DNA of 61,984 bases, filler included, from a candidate division TA06 bacterium SM23_40 (GTDB lineage: Bacteria > LJUI01 > SM1-40), in assembly GCA_001303705.1 (NCBI GenBank). It is 5 parts of 5 records of this genome, joined end to end, with 100 filler letters (N's around TTAATTAATTAA, not from the genome) between each part and the next. Parts side by side here need not be neighbours in the genome. Positions count along the whole stretch, not along the records: positions 1 to 11,480 come from LJUI01000078.1; positions 11,581 to 22,836 come from LJUI01000079.1; positions 22,937 to 34,057 come from LJUI01000080.1; 2 more parts are not named here. One strand, written 5' to 3'. Within the stretch, counting starts at the first letter, position 1. Each line of letters opens with the position of its first letter. Position numbers and translations under genes: made by a program. A model generated the notes under the pieces. The model was not told the DNA's origin and did no database searches. It saw nothing but the letters and a program-made list of their open reading frames with translations. Positions 9,886 to 23,047 of the stretch are shown one piece after another.

Positions 9886-11480
9886 TTATTGCCAGTTCTC
9901 GATGATGGTGAATTCGAAGGTGCGGCCGTCGACCGCCTCGTTGGGCAGGCGGTACAGGACCGCCCTGTACTGGTAATCACCGTACGGCGCAGCCACGGGA
10001 ATGTGGTGGCTCAGCTCCACCGTTCTCGTCTGCCCCGGCTGCAATGTGGCCTGTATGGGGCCAAGCACGGGATTCCCCTGATAGGGATTCCCGTTCGGCA
10101 GCACCACGTCGGCCCTGAAGTAGACGTTCTGCACCTGGTTGGTCGTGTTGACCGCAGTAGCCTCATAGACGAGGGTCTCTCCCGGTATGAGTATCTTCTC
10201 CTGGAGCTCGACCTCCAGCCGCACGTCCGGAAGATCGACGGCGAAGAAATCGAGATACTCCTCCATGAGCTCGGCTTTCGTGCTGGGCGAGACACCATCT
10301 ACCAGCCCGCCGAACTCGTAGGATGTGCCGACGGTCCGGTAGGTGCCGGAATCGTAGGCTACGCCACAGCCGGCGCCATCATCCGGGTTGACGAAGATCC
10401 GCACTGCCGATCCAGCCGCGTCGATGTGATCTACCGAATAGTTCCCGCCGCCGTACTGGAATGTCATGCCCTGAGTGAAGGTGCCAGCCTCTCCGTCGAC
10501 CTGGGATAGATCGTTCGATCCGTCCCCCGCCGCGGAGATCGAGAAGAGCGGACCGAAGTCGTATCCTCCGATCAGAGGATCAGCATACCAGGCATCTCCG
10601 CCCTCGAGGTAGACATTGCCGCAGCTCTCGATATAGGAGACGATCCTCTCCGCTTCATCGCTCCCGTCGTACACGACATAGTTCGCAGGACCCATGCCAA
10701 GGCAGGTGAAGAGACCGGTGAGTCGATCGAGATCGATGCGCGACAGCGAATCGATCACTGTCGCCGCAGCGCCTGACGCTTCGAGCGCCGTCACCAACTC
10801 CGGCCCGGAAGATGATGAGAGCGCCGGTTCCCAGATCCCGAATCTGAACTCGGGCCAAGAGACATAGCGATGCTCACACCCGATCCAATCCTTGTATGTG
10901 ACATAGGAGTGGCTCGAGCCGGTGATCTTCCCCTTCACGGCAACGGCGATCTTCGGCGGGAATCCACCCAGACCAAGCGTGTTCGTCGTCACCTTCACGG
11001 CAAGCGAAGGGAGGGTCACCGACCATCCTGACGGGTGATCATTTCCCAGGTCGAACGTCTTCTCCGTACTCCCGTCCAGGAACGAGAACGGATTCGCCAC
11101 GCTCACCATCACCTGGCAACTGTCGGCGAGATCCTGCCCTTCATACGGATGCGGCCCCGGGTATGTCAGCCGCACGCAGACCTCAAACGTATCGGGGAGC
11201 TCCCCGCCCCAGGACGAATGGACATCGACCTGCCACGGAGTCGACAGTAGTCCCCAACGGCTCCACTGGGTCCACAGATCATCGACCAGAAGCGCCTGGT
11301 TGAAGTGCACGTCCGGACCGTGGTACAGCCCGCTGTACCATGGGTCGTGCACGATGAAGACGTCAAGGTCGTCATCGTACCCTTTTATCACCCTGAAGTG
11401 CCCGCTGTAGTGATTGACGTCATACCAGCTCAGGATGAGGATGGGATAGTTCTGTGAGATGAGTCTCCTGAGATCGTCGT
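9886..11480 (-). CDS. C39-like cysteine peptidase (5'-truncated by contig end) with the ~200-aa shared module and the shared C-terminal domain
   Basis: Frame open to contig edge: LISQNYPILIL...SGHFRVIKGYD...VHDPW (His/Asp motif of C39-like peptidases); YLEGGDAWY module; LPNGNPYQGNPVLGP tail. Confidence 0.75.
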
Positions 11481-11580
11481 NNNNNNNNNNNNNNNNNNNN
11501 NNNNNNNNNNNNNNNNNNNNNNNNTTAATTAATTAANNNNNNNNNNNNNNNNNNNNNNNNNNNNNNNNNNNNNNNNNNNN
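11481..11580. other. Artificial contig spacer
   Basis: N44-TTAATTAATTAA-N44 (stop codons in all six frames). Confidence 0.98.
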
Positions 11581-13203
11581 CACCTCCTCCCACGGCTGCG
11601 CCCCGAAGATCGGGGTTCCATCCTGGTCGTGGATCTGCGAAATGAGGAAGGGCTCTGCCCGGACACCTCCGTTGGCGAACACGCCATAGGCCGAAGTGAT
11701 CTCGATGAGATTGACCCCGCAGCTTCCGAGAGCGAGAGAGAGGACGTCTTCGAGCGGGCTCTTGATCCCCATGCGCCGGGCATACGAGATGACTGTCCGG
11801 GTCCCTACCTGACGCAGAAGCCGGACCGCCATGAGATTCCTCGAGAGAGCAAGGCCGGTCCGGATGTCCGTGGGGCCGAGAAACCTCTCATCATAATTTG
11901 CCGGCCGCCAAATATCCTCAGGGGTCTCGACAACGATCGGCGAGTCGAGTATCATATCTGCCGGAGTGAAGCCGTTGTCGATCGCAGCGGTATAGACAAA
12001 AGGCTTGAACGCCGACCCCGGTTGCCGACGGGCCTGGGTGGCCCGGTTGAACTGACTCGCCTGGAAATCTCGTCCGCCGACCATGGCCCGAACTGCGCCG
12101 GTTCTGGGATCGATGCAAACCAGCGCTCCCTGGAGGTAGGTGGGCGGACCCGAGCGCAGGGAATCGGTCTCCGTGTCGCGCGCCTCTTCGAGATCATAGA
12201 TCGCCTCGAGCGTGACCAGGCCCTGCTCGAGGACGCGGTTGGCGATCCGCTGGAGATTGAGGTCGAGTGTAGTATGGATCGATACTCCTTCGTGATAGAT
12301 GAAATCCGGACCGTAACGGCCCTCGATCTGCCTGCGGATCTCTTCAATAAAATATGGTGCCTCGTTGGGGGCCCTCTCGGGCGCTCTGACCGTGAGTTGT
12401 TCGTGCGCGGCGGCCTCGGCCTCGTCGGCGGCGAGGCAACCCGTCTCTACCATGGCCTTGAGGACGACATCGCGCCTTGCGAGTGCCGCATCGGGGTGGT
12501 CGAACGGAGAGTACCTGGCCGGCCGGCGGGGAATGCCGGCGAGCAGTGCCGATTCCGCCAGGGTCAGTTCGTCGGCATGCTTGCCGAAGAAGAGCTGAGA
12601 TGCGGCCTCTACGCCGTATGCGCCATGGCCGAAGCAGATCTGGTTGAGGTATAGCTCGAGGATCTCATCCTTGGAGTAAAGGCGTTCGATCCGCAGGGCG
12701 AGGAGGGCTTCCTTGAGCTTGCGCGGCCACGTCTTCTCCGGCGTGAGGAAGACATTACGGGCGAGCTGCTGGGTGATGGTGCTACCTCCCTCGGCCCGTC
12801 TACGCGCCCTCAGATCCCTGAGCGTAGCGCGGATGACGCCCGAGAGATCGATGCCCCAGTGTTGCTTGAAGCGGCGATCTTCGACGGCGAGGATGGCGTC
12901 GACGAAGTCGGGGGAGACCGACGAGAGAGGGACGGGGACGCGTTTCTCCACAAAGAATTCGGTGATGAGCTCACCATTCGCATCGTACACCCGCGTCACG
13001 AGGGGCGTGCGGAACTCGCGCAGTGCAGAAGGGGGAGGGAGGTCGTGCTGGAGCCACCTGACGGAGCCGACGAGGAATCCGGAGGCGGCGAAGAAGCAGA
13101 ATATGAGGATCGGCCCGAGTACTGCGCCGAGCCGGCGGTTCCGGCCTTCTCGATGAGGCCTCTCCTGTGGTGTTGGCAAGGGCATAGCGGAAGATTCCTC
13201 CAT
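11581..13203 (-). CDS. Class A penicillin-binding protein (PBP1A family), 3'-truncated; start codon uncertain
   Basis: TM anchor; transglycosylase EDRRF, GGSTITQQL, RKLKE; transpeptidase QPGSAFK (SxxK) and SRN (SxN). Confidence 0.93.
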
Positions 13204-13389
13204 ACGGCTCTTCTCCAATAATATCGGTCGCTTGGCCAGAGGTCAAGGGCAAAACTGGTTCTCCGGGCGACGGTGCCGGCATCGAGGAGACGGGAGCGAG
13301 GGATGCAAAAGCCGGGGTACCGGCGCGAAATGACTGTCTCGGAGTCGGGAAGGGGTGCAGAGTGCAGAGAGACGAAAGGGGGTCGAGTT

Positions 13390-14601
13390 GTGAACGTGAG
13401 CGCGGCTGAGCAACTCGAGATCATTACGGCGGGAGCTGAGGAGATCATTCCGGAGGAAGAGATGGCGCTGAAGCTCGAGCGCGCTCTCTCAGCCGGTACT
13501 CCCCTGCGGGTGAAGTACGGTGCAGATCCGTCGGCGCCGGACCTGCACCTGGGACATGCGGTCTGCTTTCGGAAGCTTCGCGATTTTCAGGAGCTGGGCC
13601 ATCGCATCATCTTCGTCATCGGCGATTTCACGGCACGCATTGGCGATCCCAGCGGCCGCTCCGAGACGAGGAGACCGCTCTCTGCCGAGGAGGTCGAGGT
13701 CAATGCGCGCACCTATATGGACCAGGTGTACAAACTGCTCGATCCCGAACGGACTGAGGTCGTGTACAACAACGACTGGCTCGGTGCCCTTGCTCTGGCG
13801 GACATGATTCGGCTCGGTGCACGCTACACCGTTGCGCGGCTTCTGGAACGGGATGACTTCGCCCTGCGATATGCGAACGAGCAGCCGATCGGGATCCATG
13901 AGCTTCTCTATCCGCTGCTCGTGGCCTACGACTCGGTGATGACGCAGGCAGACGTTGAACTCGGCGGCACCGACCAGAAGTTCAACATGCTTATCGGAAG
14001 GACGATTCAGCGAGAATACGGACAGGAACCTCAGGTAGTGGTCACCATGCCGCTCTTGGTGGGGACTGATGGTGTGGAGAAGATGTCGAAGAGTGCCGGC
14101 AACTACATCGGCATCACGGAATCCCCGCGCGAGATGTACGGAAAGCTCATGTCGATCCCCGATGAACTGATCCTCACCTATGTGCACGTGGCGCTGGGGG
14201 CCGGGCCGGATGTGTTGGAGGAGTATAGGCGCGCTCTCGAGGATGGAACCACTAATCCCAGAGATGTCAAGAGTCGGCTTGCACGCCGGGTCGTCGAGTC
14301 GTATTCCTCGCGTGAGGAAGCGCAGGCGGCAGCGGTCGAATTCGATCGCGTCTTCCGGGAGAAGGGGGCGCCGGATGAGGTGCCTCTGTTCACAGTGGAG
14401 GGCACGCGGATCTGGATCGTCCAGCTTCTCGTGGACGCCGGGCTAGCTGTTTCGAAAGGCGAGGCCAGGCGTCTGATCCAGGGGGGAGGGGTGCAGATCG
14501 ACGGGACGAAGGTGGAAGACCCTGAACAGGAGGTCGATGTGGCCGAGGAACGGCTCCTCAAGGCGGGCAAGCGCCGATTTCTCAGAGTGCGGGGGAGCTA
14601 G
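13390..14601 (+). CDS. tyrS: Tyrosine--tRNA ligase
   Basis: YGADPSAPDLHLGH, GGTDQKFN, KMSKS and C-terminal S4 domain; start estimated at GTG 13390. Confidence 0.96.
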   Translation: MNVSAAEQLEIITAGAEEIIPEEEMALKLERALSAGTPLRVKYGADPSAPDLHLGHAVCFRKLRDFQELGHRIIFVIGDFTARIGDPSGRSETRRPLSAEEVEVNARTYMDQVYKLLDPERTEVVYNNDWLGALALADMIRLGARYTVARLLERDDFALRYANEQPIGIHELLYPLLVAYDSVMTQADVELGGTDQKFNMLIGRTIQREYGQEPQVVVTMPLLVGTDGVEKMSKSAGNYIGITESPREMYGKLMSIPDELILTYVHVALGAGPDVLEEYRRALEDGTTNPRDVKSRLARRVVESYSSREEAQAAAVEFDRVFREKGAPDEVPLFTVEGTRIWIVQLLVDAGLAVSKGEARRLIQGGGVQIDGTKVEDPEQEVDVAEERLLKAGKRRFLRVRGS

Positions 14602-14686
14602 AGAGATGGATTGACCCGCATCGGGGGAGGCCGCTGCCCCGACCTTCGTTGCCGACAGGGAATTCGGTGCACGCCGCAGCTGGCCA

Positions 14687-14763
14687 AAAAAACAAAAAAA
14701 AATCTTGACAGACGGTTGTGGGGCTGGTATATTTGCACAGACGAAGAGTCCGATCTTTGAAAA
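14687..14763 (+). promoter_or_regulatory. rrn promoter with A-rich UP-like tract and boxA-like sequence
   Basis: A-tract 14687-14702; TTGACA(14705)-N17-TATATT(14728); GATCTTTGAAAA at 14752-14763. Confidence 0.85.
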
Positions 14764-14824
14764 CCGAAGAGCGTACACCGCCTTAACGCGATGCCTTGCG
14801 TAACACCCTTTGTGAGTGACGTAT

Positions 14825-16400
<1,576 letters not shown>

Positions 16401-16826
16401 AGGTGTAAACCAGACCTTGAGGTATCGAGTGGGTGGTGTACGCTCCGGTTTTATTTGTACCTCGCTGGAACTGGTCAGGGGGCGGACATCTCGGCTCTGT
16501 TTGGGTGGTTGGGATCCCGCGTTCCACGGCCGGGGTCGGCGATTCGCTATAGAGTGACTATAGGTTTCTAGTGGGGAAGTTTAGCGCACAGCCCGGATGG
16601 TTCTTGTGATCTGTCGGGGCTTCCCTATAGGGGGAAGCAAGTGCGATCGAGGTTCTCGACGTGATGGGTGTCGCATGGAGCGTCGCCCGATCGAATCTGG
16701 CACGAATGGATGCGGCAGCACAGAAGGGAGGAGTGGACAACTGCATGCGTTCTCGTGTCACGGAGAGTCAGGTCGTCGTCTGTCGGCAAGAACTTCGTCG
16801 GGCGAGCTTCGACACCATTCTTTTGT

Positions 16827-16903
16827 GGGCCTATAGCTCAGTTGGCTAGAGCGCACGCCTGATAAGCGTGAGGTCACTGGTTCGACTCCAGTTAGGCCCA
16901 CCA
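16827..16903 (+). tRNA. tRNA-Ile (GAT)
   Basis: Cloverleaf GGGCCTA...CACGC-CTGATAA-GCGTG...GGTTCGACTCC...TAGGCCCACCA. Confidence 0.98.
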
Positions 16904-17146
16904 AACTCGGCAGTGACTGATCACAGGTTGGGGACGGGTGGAGAGGGGCTACATAGTTCTCCTCTCAGCATGGACGTCTCGGTGGATTGTCACTGCCGCT
17001 TTTCGTAGGCAGCCTTCGGAGTTGGTCTGAGGAAGGGCTGGCTTGACCACGGTTGCGGTCGCGGTCGACTCCGATCAGAAGGAGAACGAGAGGACTGGAC
17101 TGGAGTCAGCTAGCGACCATCCTCACTCTCACAAGGAGGAAAGACG

Positions 17147-18382
17147 GTGAAGAAGAGTCTGTTGGTAGTGGTGACGGTAGCGCTTGCCGCTTCCGTGGCA
17201 ATGGCTACAGAAACTCGCGTCTTCACGTTAGGGCAATCTGGTGCTTTCTTGCTGGATGACACCAACGTCTACCCATGGCCGTCGCGGGTGGTCGGGTACG
17301 GCAACGAGGTGATCGCAGAGCTCTGCGACTACCCCGTGCCCGCCGACCACAGTGGACAGTATGTGACCGGATTCTTCGCCCCCGACGAGGAGATGACGTA
17401 CGGTGTCTTCGGTATTGGAGTGAACCGGCAGCCCGCGACCTATGGTTGGTACGCCACCCTTCAGGGGCTCCAGAACTTCGGAGATCCGGACTATGTTCCC
17501 ATCCTGGTCCCGGATGAGCGGGTCGACTTCTTCTGGGGCATGGGACTAGATGGTGTCGCGATCGGCGCCAGGCTCGAGTGGGCTGGTGATGCCAGCAAGC
17601 AGGACACGGACGGCGCCGCGGACTGGGATCAGTCCAGCATGATCATCGGCGGAGCCGCCAGTGCCACGGTCGGCCTCAGCGATGAGATGGATCTGGACAT
17701 CGGCGGCGAATTCGCGATGAACTCCTGGTCAGCTGAGGCTGGCGAGTACACGTTCGAGAACGACGGCGGCATGGGCTTCGGCGGCAACGCACGCCTCCGC
17801 TGGATGATGAACGACTACGCCACCTTAGTTCCTGTCGTCATGTTCCACATGGTCGACATGGGGTACAACGAGAAGCTGACCGGTGCGACCAGTGAGACCT
17901 ATGACCTGAGCGCCATGGACTTCTCGGGTGGAGTGGCTCTCGAATGGGCGCTGTTCGACGAGACGACGGTTGTCCTCGGGCTTCACGGCGGAATGATGAG
18001 CCAGACGTGGGAGGATCCCGCCGGCAACAAGATGGAGTGGAGTGCCCTTGATGTCCCCGGCGTGATCATCGCCGCAGAGACGACGGTATGGGACTGGCTC
18101 GTCGGCCGCGTGGGCGCTCACAAGCAGCACCAGTGGTGGACGGACAAGAGCACCTATGCGGTCGGGCCGCCCGATGAGGTGGAAGAGACCGGAGCCGACG
18201 CTCCGTTCAACCTCACCGGCGGCGTTGGGATCAGGTGGGGTGACTTCCAGTTCGATGCCCAGGTGAACGACAACTTCATCTACGAAGGTCCGTACTTCAT
18301 CGGCGGCGCCAACGCTGACGGCGGCGGCAATCAGCCGTTCGTGATGATGAGTGCCACATACAACTTCAGCGGCCTGTTCTAG
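17147..18382 (+). CDS. Putative outer-membrane beta-barrel protein (porin-like) encoded inside the 16S-23S spacer
   Basis: SD AAGGAGG before GTG; signal peptide MKKSLLVVVTVALAASVAMA; alternating amphipathic strands rich in G/W/F/Y; ends SATYNFSGLF; strong C-ending codon bias. Confidence 0.85.
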   Translation: MKKSLLVVVTVALAASVAMATETRVFTLGQSGAFLLDDTNVYPWPSRVVGYGNEVIAELCDYPVPADHSGQYVTGFFAPDEEMTYGVFGIGVNRQPATYGWYATLQGLQNFGDPDYVPILVPDERVDFFWGMGLDGVAIGARLEWAGDASKQDTDGAADWDQSSMIIGGAASATVGLSDEMDLDIGGEFAMNSWSAEAGEYTFENDGGMGFGGNARLRWMMNDYATLVPVVMFHMVDMGYNEKLTGATSETYDLSAMDFSGGVALEWALFDETTVVLGLHGGMMSQTWEDPAGNKMEWSALDVPGVIIAAETTVWDWLVGRVGAHKQHQWWTDKSTYAVGPPDEVEETGADAPFNLTGGVGIRWGDFQFDAQVNDNFIYEGPYFIGGANADGGGNQPFVMMSATYNFSGLF

Positions 18383-18431
18383 GCGAGATTCGCTCAGCAC
18401 TGGTATAGCCGCTGGACTATTCGAAGATGGT

Positions 18432-18470
18432 AAAGGCTGGGCAGCCGTACTACGGCTGCCCAGCCCTTTC
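18432..18470 (+). terminator. Terminator-like hairpin after the spacer-encoded gene
   Basis: 14-bp perfect stem GGCTGGGCAGCCGT/ACGGCTGCCCAGCC followed by a short T tract (CTTTC). Confidence 0.65.
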
Positions 18471-18547
18471 GGGACGTCACGTCGCTCGGTGCCTGCTGCA
18501 CAGGGGTGAGGCCGCCACCCAGGAGACGGCGTCGTCGATTTTTGGGC

Positions 18548-18576
18548 TTGACAGTGCGCAGGCAGGTTTCTACGAT
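18548..18576 (+). promoter_or_regulatory. Candidate sigma70 promoter upstream of tRNA-Ala
   Basis: TTGACA-N17-TACGAT. Confidence 0.7.
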
Positions 18577-18838
18577 CCGGGCGCCGCCTCGCCCTCATCT
18601 CGGGGGGCCGTAGCGGTTGTCTTGAGCCCGGGCAGGGTGCATCGGCTGGCTCTGTCTCTGCTCGAGGTACTGGTCGCCGCGGGCTTCGGGCCCGGACGCC
18701 GGTTGGCCCGGGGCTCGAGTGAGTCCCGGCCCCGGCCCGCTTTTGGAGGGAGGGCCGGTTGCAGCGCGGCCGCTCTTCGGCGGGATCAGCCATGAGCTGA
18801 GTGGGGCGACGGCATTGTCTTGAGTGTGCAGACCGGGT

Positions 18839-18914
18839 GGGGATGTAGCTCAGCTGGGAGAGCACCGCCCTTGCAAGGCGGGGGTCGGCGGTTCGAATCC
18901 GCTCATCTCCACCA
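18839..18914 (+). tRNA. tRNA-Ala (TGC)
   Basis: GGGGATG/CATCTCC acceptor stem with G3:U70; loop CTTGCAA; CCA end. Confidence 0.98.
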
Positions 18915-19013
18915 GAAATGTCGTTCTGTCGTGTCCGCCGGAGACGGCAGTAAGGGGTCCTGGGACGGAGCCCCGGGAGGAGGCAGATTCTGCTGTTACG
19001 TGTTATTTTTTCC

Positions 19014-19068
19014 TTGACACGGATTTAGGCCAGCGTTATAGTGTACCGGACATTACGATCTTTGACAA
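19014..19068 (+). promoter_or_regulatory. Dedicated 23S promoter plus boxA-like sequence
   Basis: T-rich tract, then TTGACA(19014)-N17-TATAGT(19037), then GATCTTTGACAA at 19057-19068. Confidence 0.8.
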
Positions 19069-19167
19069 CTGCATAGGAATTGATGGGTAGGCATCTTCGG
19101 CCGTTCGGGTGTCGCAGAGGGCTGTTACGTCTTTCTGCGGGTCCCGACGGCTGGAATCGCCGAGTTT

Positions 19168-22212
<3,045 letters not shown>

Positions 22213-22369
22213 AACATAAATCCTCTATCGAGGATTGGCGATTCGGTTCCTACTCATCAATTCCTTTCGCAGTTGTCGCCAAAAGAGGGTGGACTCGCTT
22301 CATCGTTCGTTAGCTTTTCATTTCGTCGGTGCGCTCTGCTTTCCACTCGAACGAAAGAAAGGGGACACG

Positions 22370-22836
22370 ATGAAGAGAGTCTCGAGAAGAGACCGGCGGA
22401 CGCTGATGAAGCTCGTGGCGATCGCGGCTGTCGGTCTGCTTTCTGTCCAGTGCAGTCAGGAAGAAGAGGCGACTCCCTCTTCCCCCAGCAGTGGTACGCA
22501 GTACGTGCTCGCCCTCGCTGCGGATCCTGACACGATCGATGGTGACGGTACGAGCACCTCGACGATTTCGGCGGTCCTCACCGGAGATGGAAGCCCCATT
22601 GAGGACGCTCTCCTCGATTTCGCCACGATCGGGGGATCGGTGACTCCTGGTGTCGCTACCACGGATTCGACAGGGACTGCGACAACCGTTCTCATGAGCG
22701 ACGAAAGTTCCTCCGGTGGGCTCGTCAGTTGTGCCTTCGGGGCGTCGGCGCAGGATCAGGCCTGGGTGGTGTTTACGCCCGTGACACCTGATAGCGGTGA
22801 TACGATCGGGCCCCTGCCCCCGCCTTCGGACACGAC
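22370..22836 (+). CDS. Putative lipoprotein with invasin/Big_1-like Ig domain, 3'-truncated
   Basis: SD AAGGGG; basic N-terminus, hydrophobic stretch then Cys; ADPDTIDGDGTSTSTISA...TTDSTGTATTVL pattern. Confidence 0.7.
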
Positions 22837-22936
22837 NNNNNNNNNNNNNNNNNNNNNNNNNNNNNNNNNNNNNNNNNNNNTTAATTAATTAANNNNNNNN
22901 NNNNNNNNNNNNNNNNNNNNNNNNNNNNNNNNNNNN
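22837..22936. other. Artificial contig spacer
   Basis: N44-TTAATTAATTAA-N44. Confidence 0.98.
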
Positions 22937-23047
22937 ACCCGCTCGTCATCCTTCAAGCGGCAGTCGGATGTGACCACCCTCGATCCAGTGGCACGACGGC
23001 GGGGCGATGTGTCCCACTTTCATAGGGCGCACTCGCGCCCCGCCTTG

